The position numbers and the translations under genes were made by a program. Positions 9,801 to 18,865 of a stretch of DNA of 56,216 nt are shown piece by piece. Each line of letters opens with the position of its first letter. The first letter of the stretch is position 1. Below the pieces are notes generated by a model that was not told the DNA's origin, did not search any database, and saw nothing but the letters and a program-made list of their open reading frames with translations. The stretch lies in assembly GCA_015491485.1 (NCBI GenBank), contig WFVT01000025.1, positions 1 through 56,216 on the forward strand, in the 5' to 3' direction. The stretch comes from Candidatus Zhuqueibacterota bacterium. Its GTDB lineage: Bacteria > Zhuqueibacterota > Zhuqueibacteria > Zhuqueibacterales > Geothermadaptataceae.

Positions 9801-12800
9801 CACACGCTTGCGGTTACGGTCTTCATAGCCCGGCGGGATACGGAGCGGGATGCGATAAAGCGTCCACCCACCGCCCTGTTTATTATCGCTGGCAATGAAT
9901 ACGGTATCCGGGCTGAGCTTGTCGAGGTTGATGGTGTATGAAAAATAATTGTTGGCGCGGTCCACGGTCCCGTTGCCGTTCAGGTCTTCGGTATTCGGGA
10001 TGCGCGTACCATCATTCTTATTGTTCTCTGTACCGTTGATAAAATCGTACTGGTTACTCCCCTCGGAATAAGCCCAGTCGTCCCAACTGATCGGCTCCCA
10101 GGGCTCGCGTACGCCGTTGCCGTTGATATCCCACCAGTCTTCCGGGTCCTTTCCCGGCATACCGTCGAGGCCCACATCTTCGTCATCTTCGAGCGTGTTG
10201 TTGCGGATGCCGCCGCGCAGTTTATCCTCGGTATCCAGGCGGCGATTGGGAATGACGTCTTCCGATATTTGTCCGAGATCGATGTGCAGGATGCCTTTAT
10301 CGCCGCGCACCATGATTTCTAAAAATTTACTTTCGGTCTGATCATAAAATCCCGGTGACAGCGCACGCATAATCCCACCCCAGGATTCCTGTACCGGGAA
10401 GCTACCGGAATCATGGGGCATAAAAACCAGGGTCAAAATATCGGTGGTCTGTCCGGTTTGAACTGTCACTTCCCGCTTGGGCCAGATATCTTTGATCGGC
10501 CATCCGCCGAACGGATTGTACCATATAAGCCGACCGCGTTTTTCCGAGCTTCGCATGTAAGCTTCGATGGAATTGTTTTCGATGTAGTCCTGGGGGGCGG
10601 AAGAAAGCGTCCAGGCGCGGCGCTGCACTCCCAGCGGCGTCACACGTTTGGCGCTTTCAAAATCGTCAATATACGCCACCCCTTGATCATCGCCGGTGGC
10701 CCTGTTGTTCAGCGTATTGGGATTGGGAATCACCTGCGCAATCTCGCCCTCGAATTTGAGGCTGGACGGCTGCTGAGCCGTGATAAGCGGCAAGGCATCC
10801 AGAGCTCTGGTGAGAAAATTGGGTTTGAAATTCAGTGACGTATTCAAATCCCAGACCACATTGCGCATGGGCCCCTGGCCAACCCGCACTTTCGTATCCA
10901 GGGTGCGTTCGTTCAGGTAGAGAATCGTGCCGCCCAGAAAATTATTTTCGCCAAAGCGATATTCGGCGCGTGTGCCGAGGATGGTTTTCTTTTCGAGCTG
11001 AAACAACTGATTGCGCTCATAAGTGATGTCAATTTGTGCGTTGGGATCGGTGGCGCGCTCATCCAGAATGGTCAGCGTACCGGACAGATAATCAATCGTA
11101 TAATCCCGTCCGCGCTGCAACCGCTGGCCGTTTAAGATTACCTCCTCTGAATTTTCGATAACATTGAATCCCAGTGAGTAATTGGCGCTGCGGTTTTTGG
11201 AAACCACTTCGATGTAAAAACGGCTGTTTTGAGTAATAAAGCTCTGGCTGGTGGTGTCGTAAATCATGGGTTCGCGCTTCGCCGGATCGAGCTTGGTGAT
11301 TTCGAATTCGTCCGGCTCAATGATACCGTTTTTGTTGAAATCGATGAATACCGTATCCGGATCGAACGGCCGCAGGTTTGGAAAAATCAGCTCACCGCGC
11401 GCCCGGTTGATGAGATTATCATCGATATCGATGTTGTAATCTGGATTGAGATTACCGTCCTTATCGCGGACATCCAGGCCAAAGATGTGCAAATAGGAAT
11501 CTTCACCCTGACTTTCCTCGTCGGATCCCGAAGGCGGCTGATAGAAAATTTTGACCTTAAAGCTCTCTTCATCGACCTCGATATTGCGCGCACCCAGCGA
11601 ATAGACGTTTTTCCATTCCAGGTTCCAGGTTTTGAAACTCGGGGTCGGACTCTGGGCTTTAATCAGCTTCAGAATGATGGTGCTGTCGGATTGCGCATCG
11701 AAATCGATATCGCCGATTTTCCTGCCGGAACTGTCTTCAAATGCCACCGCAAGAACGTCTTCCGGTCCCAGGGGCTGGTTCATGATGATATAACCGAGGC
11801 TGTTTTCCACCACATAGTCCTGCTCCGGCTCCAGCCGGATGAAATGCCCGAGATAGACTTCTTTGTCGCTGATATTCAGTGTATCTTGCGGGCTGTTCGG
11901 ATCAAGAATGGCCCAACCACGAATCGAATTGGGATCGAACTCATACCCGGCTTTGGATTTATACACCTCGATGCGTTTAATGGCGCGGGCGGGATCGTAC
12001 ATGTGAACCCACTTTTCGCTGTAGTTGCGGTACTGACGCCGGAAAAAGTCATCGAGAAAGAAGTATGTGAAACGTTTATAGCGGTAATCTTCGATACGCT
12101 GTTTGCCTTCTGTGGCGCCGCCGCCGATTTTGAGTCGCTGGCTTTCCCCTTTTTCCTGGCTGGCGATGGTGGTCACATGCAGATCTCCAAGCTGCATTTT
12201 CATTTTGACGCCGAACAGGCCGGTATTTTTACCGCTAAACGTGACAAAACGGGTGGCCGGCAGGGACAGTGAAATGTTTCCGGCTTCAATGCTCTGGATG
12301 ATTTCATCCTCGAAGCCACGGTAATTCAACTTGATGTTGTTATCGAAATCGAACGCGCGCTCGGAATCCTGATCCACGTTCACTGTGACTTTCTCGCCGA
12401 TCCGGCCGGTCACGGTAAAACGCTGAGTCTGGGTCATTTTAAAATTGGTGTTTGATCCCTGCGCGATGGAGGTGCGCACCTCACTGCGTTTTTCGTTACG
12501 AAACCCACCTTCAATGCGGATATCCCCCTGCACGTTCAGTCCAACGCTGCTGCCGCCGAAAATTTTCTGAAAAGTCTGGCTTTTAATGGGAACAGGGATA
12601 TCAATGTTGACGCCGCCGGGGCCCCGTCGGTGTTGGGTCAAAGAAGCAAATAGATGCTTAACAGAACTTTCTCGCCATACTTGTTCCTGGACATGCTCGC
12701 TTTGTGCCAATTTATACCGGGTGAATGGAACAAAGCGGGGGACGCGTAAATGATGTCCACTCAACGTCTCGCTGGCGATCACGTATTTTCCGGTGGAGTC

Positions 12801-13073
12801 CAATTTGACGGTGTGACGGTAGGATCGGGGGCGCACAAAGCTATAGCCCCGGGGCAATCCGGCCATGGATAGACCGGGCCATTGCTGGTCTTTATACAAG
12901 TTGGCGAGGGGAGCCGCCGGAAGCGGCGGTTTCAACCCAATGCCCGAAACCGAACTGGTCTTATGATTTCCCTGAGAATAGACCTGTACTGCCAGGCCAA
13001 TCAAAAACAGCAGAGTCAAATAGGTCCGGGAAATCCAAAGGCCGGAAATGTTTGGAAAAAATCTGGAGACCAT
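6888..13073 (-). CDS. sprA: Type IX secretion translocon / cell-surface protein SprA (Sov)
   Basis: 2061 aa with signal peptide; SprA-like motifs (YIDDFESA, RGRLIWYN, LHIDLGQISED, NTEDLNGNG, GQIWLNELRL) and long amphipathic beta-strand C-terminus. Confidence 0.92.
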   Translation of the reverse strand: MVSRFFPNISGLWISRTYLTLLFLIGLAVQVYSQGNHKTSSVSGIGLKPPLPAAPLANLYKDQQWPGLSMAGLPRGYSFVRPRSYRHTVKLDSTGKYVIASETLSGHHLRVPRFVPFTRYKLAQSEHVQEQVWRESSVKHLFASLTQHRRGPGGVNIDIPVPIKSQTFQKIFGGSSVGLNVQGDIRIEGGFRNEKRSEVRTSIAQGSNTNFKMTQTQRFTVTGRIGEKVTVNVDQDSERAFDFDNNIKLNYRGFEDEIIQSIEAGNISLSLPATRFVTFSGKNTGLFGVKMKMQLGDLHVTTIASQEKGESQRLKIGGGATEGKQRIEDYRYKRFTYFFLDDFFRRQYRNYSEKWVHMYDPARAIKRIEVYKSKAGYEFDPNSIRGWAILDPNSPQDTLNISDKEVYLGHFIRLEPEQDYVVENSLGYIIMNQPLGPEDVLAVAFEDSSGRKIGDIDFDAQSDSTIILKLIKAQSPTPSFKTWNLEWKNVYSLGARNIEVDEESFKVKIFYQPPSGSDEESQGEDSYLHIFGLDVRDKDGNLNPDYNIDIDDNLINRARGELIFPNLRPFDPDTVFIDFNKNGIIEPDEFEITKLDPAKREPMIYDTTSQSFITQNSRFYIEVVSKNRSANYSLGFNVIENSEEVILNGQRLQRGRDYTIDYLSGTLTILDERATDPNAQIDITYERNQLFQLEKKTILGTRAEYRFGENNFLGGTILYLNERTLDTKVRVGQGPMRNVVWDLNTSLNFKPNFLTRALDALPLITAQQPSSLKFEGEIAQVIPNPNTLNNRATGDDQGVAYIDDFESAKRVTPLGVQRRAWTLSSAPQDYIENNSIEAYMRSSEKRGRLIWYNPFGGWPIKDIWPKREVTVQTGQTTDILTLVFMPHDSGSFPVQESWGGIMRALSPGFYDQTESKFLEIMVRGDKGILHIDLGQISEDVIPNRRLDTEDKLRGGIRNNTLEDDEDVGLDGMPGKDPEDWWDINGNGVREPWEPISWDDWAYSEGSNQYDFINGTENNKNDGTRIPNTEDLNGNGTVDRANNYFSYTINLDKLSPDTVFIASDNKQGGGWTLYRIPLRIPPGYEDRNRKRVGNPDLSQIQYARIWINGVTEETVIRIAEINLVGNEWKELGVSDSEEPNSYNAENDTTVAVTVVNTHDNPKYQPPPGVEGKFDRLYRIREKEQALVLDVNGLKPGQNGIAQKTFFQPQNYIYYNRLRMFIYARDEGGLHITPDSSTIEVFFRFGSDINNYYEIRERVYAGPSPMLGGWDERNHIDIEFIKLTSMKLDSSLYNPDIGAFEKEIDGKLYRIKGNPSITNVRTLIVGVKNLSRLSAPFYGQIWLNELRLSEVQKNRGIAMRARMDLRLSDFMSVNGEINRQDADFHNVATRFGSGDNRLSMRLNSSVKLDRFFPQSWGISLPLNLTYNESRATPKYFPGRDIEVIPKEVPADKLAEIQSFNRQQGVSVSFRKSKSSKNFLLRYTIDRLSANLSHTRTNMSSATIRFQNRVVWKGALDYSLQFGQNTFIRPLGWAKKLPLLSKLADTRLYYLPRNISAKISGNNSRSNSETRSGVKSDVFTYDIVRSYNTTYKIFDNLTTTFSRNMQGDFRKRGWQGLFSGEFEDLSKSQNFRVDYSPTLVSWLNQRFSYNATYRYVNNIQQKTTGKSATVSANVSAQLTLRLSQLFRKSSSAGNYGRRRRTPPGARRRPPGARGQKEGEKKKEEKQEDKKKRNPVSLLKGMLGVLRTLDDINVSYSRRRNYRNVGLKPGDPSLRYTLGFSTNPGLGTVPEITTVTFTNNENQSFNVSTGLRLGRSLSLKLRFNHSSQANYGNQITGSYSNSWMQIGNLNMPFPEWTFTWSNIERFKLFRKFANSINISHNVSGKRSVFWKDKRSGKTKEDFSFNFTPLLKLSINWKNGMVTNLDITRTRSINESFNINTVTELLQKVGGQRNTRLEIRFTTTYSKRSGFRIPFLSKKELKNSVDFSLSFTRSMNRTEQIRGGSNEWVLSNERTSWTFEPRVTYEFSSRVRGSAKFIVGRTKSTRAGETFIREFGIDVNISIRGN

Positions 13074-13271
13074 TTACTACCGCTTATGTCTTACGTCCCA
13101 TCATCGAGTGCAAAACCCCGTTCCGTCATCGCCCAAAACGGATAGGGGAACCTCCGCCCCTGAGGATTTTGCTTTACGCTAACGTCGCTTCCGTAACAAA
13201 CGTCTCGATATGGTTCTCCAGATTTTTTTGTGGGTTGTTCTTTGTTTTTGCAGCGGTTTAGGTGGACTTTA

Positions 13272-13300
13272 ATATTAGCAATTAATCCTTAAAAAGGCAA
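13272..13300 (-). promoter_or_regulatory. Putative sigma70 promoter of the sprA operon
   Basis: TTGCCT-17-TAATAT on the minus strand, ~200 nt upstream of sprA. Confidence 0.6.
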
Positions 13301-13484
13301 GAGAAAATTCATGAGTCTTGCACACAGTACATTCCAAAACTAAAAGCCGGCTTGTTTTTATGACCACTTTATACATACTTTCCAGCTGGCTTCCAGTTCC
13401 GCATTGATCGATATCCGCCTATTTTATTTTCGGCGTTATGCGCCATCTCTTGATGGATGAAAAAGCCATCTATCCATTCTTTTA

Positions 13485-13513
13485 TTGTAAGCTGGAGCTG
13501 CAATTCGTATATT
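13485..13513 (+). promoter_or_regulatory. Putative sigma70 promoter of lptFG
   Basis: TTGTAA-17-TATATT, ~85 nt upstream of lptF. Confidence 0.6.
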
Positions 13514-13596
13514 TCACGATGGAAACATGCACATTCCCGACAAAGTCCACCCCAAACAAGCATTTTACCGGGCGTTTTTGAAAAAACAAGGCACTT

Positions 13597-15123
13597 ATGT
13601 CCATTTTATCACGCTACATCCTTCGTCAGCATGTTGGGCCCTTTTTCTTTGGTTTTTCGATCATCGCGCTCATTTTCATTTTGAATTTGCTGTTCCGGGA
13701 ACTCAACCGCATTCTCAGCAAAGGCCTCCCGCTGCAGGTCGTCGGTGAATTTTTCCTGCTCAATATGGGATGGATTGTCGCCCTGGCAGTTCCCATGGCG
13801 ATGCTTACCGCCAGCCTCATGGCTTTTGGCCGGATGAGTGCGGATAACGAAATTACCGCCATCAAAGCCTGCGGGATCAGCATGTACCGCCTCATTTTGC
13901 CGGTGACCGTCGCCGCTACGTTACTCGCGATTTTTCTCATCTGGTATAACAATGCGGTGCTCCCGGAAAGCAACCACCGGCTGGCGCTCCTCATCCGGGA
14001 TATATCCCGCAAAAAGCCCACCATCAACATCGAACCCGGCGTGTGGTATGATGACCTCAACAATTATGGTTTGCTGGTGAGTGAGATCGAAGACAGCGGG
14101 CGGGTTTCCATTGTTCGAAATGTGCTCATCAATGACTACAGCCGTTTCGACGTCACCACCACCATCACCGCCAGCCATGGTTATATCCAGGTCAATGAAA
14201 AAGAAGGACTGCTGGAGTTTCTTTTGTTTGATGGTGAAATGCAGGAAATCAACATCAAAAGGCCGGAAGAATTTCGGCGGCTACGCTTTCCACGGCACAT
14301 TGTGCGCATCGACATCACCGATCGCTTTCTCAAACGCAGCGAATCGTCCGCCCGGGGCGACCGCGAAAAAAGCGCCGCCATGATGCGAAAGGAAATTGCA
14401 GAAGCGCGGACAGAACTGGCGAAAAAACAGGCAACCATCGATGCGCTGATGGGATGGTATTTCACGTATTATCTCGGCGATTCATTTGGCCTGCCAAAAC
14501 CCAATGCGGCCGATTCCAGCAGCTTGCTCCGCCAATTTCTCAATGTCGCCCCGGAATCGCCGGGCGTCCCTGCAGCCGGTAATCCATCGACCGACAACCA
14601 CTCGATGCAGCCAAAGAAGCGAGCCGAGGAAGCCCGGCGGATGTTACAGTTGCGCGCTTTGCAGCGGCACCGTACTCTAAAGGCGCAAATTCGCGCTCAA
14701 ATTGGGATGATCCGATCGTACAAGCGCCGTATCAACAGCCTTTCGGTGGAAATTCATAAAAAGTATTCCATTCCGATTGCCTGTGTGGTGTTTGTCCTGA
14801 TCGGAGCGCCCCTTGGCGTTATGGCACGCTCCGGCGGGCTGGGAGTCGGCGGCGGCATCAGCCTGGGATTCTTCTTGCTTTATTGGGCATCACTCATCGG
14901 AGGGGAAGACCTCGCCGACCGCGGCATCATCTCGCCGTTCTGGGCCATGTGGTCGGCGAATCTAATCGTTGGTATCGCCGGTGTGTACCTGCTCATACAA
15001 TCCGTACGGGAAACCCGTTTTATCCAATTTCATCAAATAGGGCCTTATTTGCGCGAAAACTGGCTGAAATTTTTGCTAATTGGTTTTCTCTTGAAACGAA
15101 AATCCGATGACGCCGCATCATGA
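13597..15123 (+). CDS. lptF: LPS export ABC permease, LptF/LptG family (LptF-like, with periplasmic insertion)
   Basis: ILSRYILR start, GRMSADNEITAIKACGIS, EIHKKYSIPIAC; 3+3 TM layout. Confidence 0.88.
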   Translation: MSILSRYILRQHVGPFFFGFSIIALIFILNLLFRELNRILSKGLPLQVVGEFFLLNMGWIVALAVPMAMLTASLMAFGRMSADNEITAIKACGISMYRLILPVTVAATLLAIFLIWYNNAVLPESNHRLALLIRDISRKKPTINIEPGVWYDDLNNYGLLVSEIEDSGRVSIVRNVLINDYSRFDVTTTITASHGYIQVNEKEGLLEFLLFDGEMQEINIKRPEEFRRLRFPRHIVRIDITDRFLKRSESSARGDREKSAAMMRKEIAEARTELAKKQATIDALMGWYFTYYLGDSFGLPKPNAADSSSLLRQFLNVAPESPGVPAAGNPSTDNHSMQPKKRAEEARRMLQLRALQRHRTLKAQIRAQIGMIRSYKRRINSLSVEIHKKYSIPIACVVFVLIGAPLGVMARSGGLGVGGGISLGFFLLYWASLIGGEDLADRGIISPFWAMWSANLIVGIAGVYLLIQSVRETRFIQFHQIGPYLRENWLKFLLIGFLLKRKSDDAAS

Positions 15124-16196
15124 CGATTCTTGACCGTTACATTGCCCGTAAATTCTTAAGCAATCTGCTGTTTGCCGTCATCGCATTTGTCAGTATTTAC
15201 ATTATTATCGATGCGGTTGAACGGCTTTCTGATTACATTGACAAAGGTGCCCCCACCAAAGTCATCGTGATGTACTACATCTATTATATTCCTTTCATTG
15301 TCATTCTGATCATGCCCATTTCCACTTTATTGGCTTCCATGTTCAGCATCGGGCATCTGTCAAAGTATAACGAAATCCTCGCGATGAAAGCCTCAGGGAT
15401 TTCCCTCTACCGGATTCTATCGCCGCTGTTTGTGCTTGGCGTGCTCATCAGCATTTTCATGATTTTCTTTGCGGAGGTGATCATGCCCCGCGCCAATACG
15501 GAAAAAGCGCTGATCAAACGTCGCTACATCGATCGCATGCCCCGCAGCGTGCCATCCCAGATTGCCAATCTGTTCTTCCAGATCGATGAAAACCGGCGGA
15601 TGTTCATCGGATATTACAATCCGTATGAAAAAGTGGCTCGCAAGGTCAATATTCTTGAGTTTGACGGGGTTTACATTCGCCATCGCATCGATGCCGAAAT
15701 GATGCATCTGGGCGATGAGGGCTGGGTATTGACGAATGGGTATGAACGGTTTTTCAAAAATGGGGAGGAGATTGCCAGACCTTTTGAAGAAAAGGCCATC
15801 CCCGATATTTCATTACAGCCTGAAGAATTAAGCGCGGTTCAAAAAGCACCGGAAGAAATGTCGTTTCAGGAGTTACAGCGGTTTATCGAAGAAGTGAAGC
15901 GCAACGGCGGCGATCCCGACCGTTGGCTGGTGGATCTGTATTTAAAAATCAGTTTTCCGTTTGCAAATTTCATCATCATTTTGTTCGGAGCGCCGCTGGC
16001 TGCCGGCCGCATCCGCTCGACCGGGGCATTTGGTGTGGCCGTCAGCATAATGGCGGCGTTTCTCTATTTTGGTATGGTTAAGATGGGACAGACCTTCGGC
16101 CAGATCGGCCTGCTTCCCCCTCTGCTTGCCGCCTGGCTGGGGAACTTGCTTTTTGCGGCTGCCGGTATTTTGATTCTGATCAAGACCCCCAAATAA
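15120..16196 (+). CDS. lptG: LPS export ABC permease LptG
   Basis: ILDRYIAR, NEILAMKASGISL, KISFPFANFII, LLAAWLGN; ATGA overlap with lptF. Confidence 0.88.
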   Translation: MTILDRYIARKFLSNLLFAVIAFVSIYIIIDAVERLSDYIDKGAPTKVIVMYYIYYIPFIVILIMPISTLLASMFSIGHLSKYNEILAMKASGISLYRILSPLFVLGVLISIFMIFFAEVIMPRANTEKALIKRRYIDRMPRSVPSQIANLFFQIDENRRMFIGYYNPYEKVARKVNILEFDGVYIRHRIDAEMMHLGDEGWVLTNGYERFFKNGEEIARPFEEKAIPDISLQPEELSAVQKAPEEMSFQELQRFIEEVKRNGGDPDRWLVDLYLKISFPFANFIIILFGAPLAAGRIRSTGAFGVAVSIMAAFLYFGMVKMGQTFGQIGLLPPLLAAWLGNLLFAAAGILILIKTPK

Positions 16197-16216
16197 ATCA
16201 CCCGCTTGCAGATAGA

Positions 16217-16477
16217 TCAGCCTTCAATTTCCACGATCAATTGAATTTCACGTAAAATTCCCATCACTTTGAAACATTTCTCAAAAGGGCCGGAATAAGC
16301 AACTGCTTTGCCTTTGGTATGCGCCTCCAATGCGATGCGTTCAGCCTCCGCATCACTGCAACCGGTAGCCTTGCGCAATTGCAGAATCACTTCATCGAAC
16401 GTGTGAATATCATCATTGTACAAAATCACTTTCCATGGATCGTTGATTTTGGTATCCGTCGTGTCTTCAACATCCAC
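16217..16477 (-). CDS. clpS: ATP-dependent Clp protease adaptor ClpS
   Basis: WKVILYNDDIHTFDEVI...AHTKGKA signature; start uncertain, placed at in-frame GTG 16477 just after the mutY stop. Confidence 0.85.
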   Translation of the reverse strand: MDVEDTTDTKINDPWKVILYNDDIHTFDEVILQLRKATGCSDAEAERIALEAHTKGKAVAYSGPFEKCFKVMGILREIQLIVEIEG

Positions 16478-16481
16478 GTCC

Positions 16482-17609
16482 TCATCTGCGTCCGGCGGCG
16501 GGTCGGCGCTCAGGTGGCTTGCAAAATTCAGATTCCAGCCGGCGGATGACTTTTTGAGTTGCAGCCGCGAAGGGATAAAACCGCAATTCTTCCGGTTTGA
16601 CCCAGCGCCAATCTCTGGCTGCTGTAAGCCGGGGCTCTCCGCCTTTGTAGAGGCAGTGGTAAACGTACATGGTGATTTTAAAATGACTGTAGGCATGCCT
16701 GACCTCCATATAAAAATCACCCACTTCGATGTCCAAATCCAGTTCTTCTTTAATTTCACGGCGAACGGCTTCTTGCGCGGTCTCGCCGTTCTCGATTTTG
16801 CCGCCAGGAAATTCCCACAATCCGCCAAGCATTCCATTTTCATCGCGCCGGTCAATAAAAATATAGCCTTCATCCCAGATAATGCCGACGGCGACGCGGT
16901 AATGCGGAACGGCTCTGGTTTGCCGCTTTAACGGCAGCATCGCCGGATCATCCAGCTCGAGCCGGGCACGGCAAAACCGGGACACCGGACAGAGCAGACA
17001 TTTGGGCTTTCGGGGCGTACAAAGCGTTGCCCCAAGTTCCATCATGGCCTGATTGAAATCGCCCGGACGATCGGGAGAAAGCAGCCGGTCGGCATATGCC
17101 TGAAGTGCATCCCGGGCTTTTTGTGAATGCACATCTTCCTCAAAGCGGAAAATCCGGCACAACACGCGGCGGACATTCCCATCCACCGCTGCACGCGGCT
17201 CTCCAAATGCAATGCTCGCGACTGCCGCCGCAGTGTATTCCCCGATTCCAGGAATACGCCGCAGTTCATCATAGGTGGACGGGATGCGAGCCCCCATATG
17301 CTCGACCATGTACTTTGCGGCTTTGTGCAGATTACGGGCACGGGCGTAATATCCCAGCCCTTCCCAGATTTTGAGCACTTGCTGCTGTGAAGCATGGGCC
17401 AGAGTTTCCACATCGGGAAAGGCTTGCAAAAAACGCGAATAATATTTGAGTACGGTCTTCACCTGAGTTTGCTGCAGCATCACCTCCGATATCCAGATCG
17501 AATACGGATCCCGGGTTTTCCGCCACGGTAAATCCCGTTGAGCGCCGGTAAACCATTGCAGCAACCGTTCCCGAAATTCAGCCAGCCATTTTTCGTCGTC
17601 CAGTTTCAC
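16482..17609 (-). CDS. mutY: A/G-specific adenine glycosylase MutY with C-terminal NUDIX (MutT-like) domain
   Basis: SEVMLQQT, WEGLGYYARARNLH, HhH PGIGEYTA, VDGNVRRV, Fe-S motif CTPRKPKCLLCPVSRFC, Nudix box. Confidence 0.96.
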   Translation of the reverse strand: MKLDDEKWLAEFRERLLQWFTGAQRDLPWRKTRDPYSIWISEVMLQQTQVKTVLKYYSRFLQAFPDVETLAHASQQQVLKIWEGLGYYARARNLHKAAKYMVEHMGARIPSTYDELRRIPGIGEYTAAAVASIAFGEPRAAVDGNVRRVLCRIFRFEEDVHSQKARDALQAYADRLLSPDRPGDFNQAMMELGATLCTPRKPKCLLCPVSRFCRARLELDDPAMLPLKRQTRAVPHYRVAVGIIWDEGYIFIDRRDENGMLGGLWEFPGGKIENGETAQEAVRREIKEELDLDIEVGDFYMEVRHAYSHFKITMYVYHCLYKGGEPRLTAARDWRWVKPEELRFYPFAAATQKVIRRLESEFCKPPERRPAAGRR

Positions 17610-17895
17610 CCTACCTCGCCCAGGTCGATAGATTCAAAAAGACGGCTCTGTAATTTTCGGCACCATGTTGAAGTATGCGGATTGCTGGTTTGTTTTTCGG
17701 ACGGTGCCGACACTTGAGTTATAAGCCTTACTGCCGCTTCTTGCAGATAACAAGGGTCTGGAACCGCCGGGAGTATGGTTTCTCCCCCCTTTTGCCGCTC
17801 TGGATTCGTCGCGGCTATGGCACCGCCCAAATTCAAAATGAAAAAGACCGATTGACGCCTTAAAAATCACCTGATGCCGCAAGAATTAGCATTGA

Positions 17896-17923
17896 AATAT
17901 AAAAAAGATTTTTAAACTTTCAA
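17896..17923 (-). promoter_or_regulatory. Putative sigma70 promoter for mutY-clpS
   Basis: TTGAAA-16-TATATT in an AT-rich patch. Confidence 0.45.
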
Positions 17924-18001
17924 TCGTTTTCGCGCCGGCAGCCGATATCCCATTGTGCGTGCCCATCAACAGCACGAAAATGAACATAATGAGAAAAAAT
18001 A

Positions 18002-18030
18002 TTGAATTCTTAATATAGCTTTTTTATATT
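18002..18030 (+). promoter_or_regulatory. Putative sigma70 promoter of greA
   Basis: TTGAAT-17-TATATT. Confidence 0.65.
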
Positions 18031-18075
18031 CATAGCACATTTGCTCTTGCAGGCTCAATTCAGAGCACGAATCAC

Positions 18076-18111
18076 GCGCGTTATCTTTGTGACAACGCGC
18101 ATTTTTTATTT
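18076..18111 (+). terminator. Intrinsic terminator in the greA 5' leader
   Basis: GCGCGTT...AACGCGC stem followed by ATTTTTTATTT, between promoter and greA ATG. Confidence 0.7.
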
Positions 18112-18177
18112 CAGACTGATCGAAATTCGAAATCAAAAAGAATGACGGCAATAGAATGATCCGAAGGGAGGTCCAAT

Positions 18178-18657
18178 ATGCAAACTTATTATTTCACTGA
18201 AAAGGGCTATGAAAAATTGCGCAAGGAAATTGAAGAGCTGGAAAGATATCTGAAAAACGACATTGCTTCGGAGATTGCCACCGCCCGCGATCACGGTGAC
18301 CTGCGTGAAAATGCAGAATATGAATCGGCGAAAATGAAACAGGCCAATTATATGGCCAAGCTGAATGCTCTCAAAGAAAAATTGATGAACGCCCAGGTGA
18401 TTCGAAAAGAGGATCTGCCTCCGGATATCGTCACTCTCGGCAAGACGGTGAAGATTCAAGATGTCGCCACCGGCGAAACGGTGCAATATACCATTCTCGG
18501 AGACGGCGAGACCGATATCGATAACGGCATTATCAGCTATCAATCTCCGTTGGCGAGGGCGCTGATGAAACATTCCGTGGGTGATGAAGTCGAAGTGCAG
18601 CTTCCCCGCGGAACCAAAACGTATAAGATTCTGGAAATTGAATACTACGAAGGTTAG
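18178..18657 (+). CDS. greA: Transcription elongation factor GreA
   Basis: ARDHGDLRENAEY, ISYQSPLARAL; GGGAGG RBS. Confidence 0.97.
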   Translation: MQTYYFTEKGYEKLRKEIEELERYLKNDIASEIATARDHGDLRENAEYESAKMKQANYMAKLNALKEKLMNAQVIRKEDLPPDIVTLGKTVKIQDVATGETVQYTILGDGETDIDNGIISYQSPLARALMKHSVGDEVEVQLPRGTKTYKILEIEYYEG

Positions 18658-18676
18658 CCGTCGAGCGATCGGATCA

Positions 18677-18865
18677 TTATTCTTCGTATTCGGCTTCGAG
18701 GTGGGGCGTCAGGGTTTCTTCATCAAAATACACTTTAATTTTGTTAGGCCGACAGCATACCTGACAGTCTTCGATATACTCCTGATACATGCCGGCCGAA
18801 ATATCCACCTCGATGACGTTTTCTTCGCTGCAAAACGCACAAATGAATTTAGCCACGGTTTCCAT
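18677..18865 (-). CDS. CPXCG-motif cysteine-rich small protein (putative Zn ribbon)
   Basis: CAFC...EYIEDCQVCCRPN family signature; AGGAGG RBS before ATG 18865. Confidence 0.85.
   Translation of the reverse strand: METVAKFICAFCSEENVIEVDISAGMYQEYIEDCQVCCRPNKIKVYFDEETLTPHLEAEYEE

Noticed and set aside
13110..13180. Partial similarity of the sprA leader to the c-di-AMP (ydaO) riboswitch
   Set aside because: The conserved 3' half (CCCGAACCCGUCAGCUAAC-like) is absent
16243..16260. parS-like palindrome AATTTCACGTAAAATT
   Set aside because: About five mismatches to TGTTTCACGTGAAACA and inside clpS; no good parS or DnaA-box cluster seen
17640..17760. Resemblance to a tracrRNA (TAAGGC...GGCACCG) or SAM-I riboswitch (TTATC...GGCA...GGTGCC)
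   Set aside because: No cas gene, array or anti-repeat; SAM-I kink-turn, GCAAC bulge and P1 partner are missing
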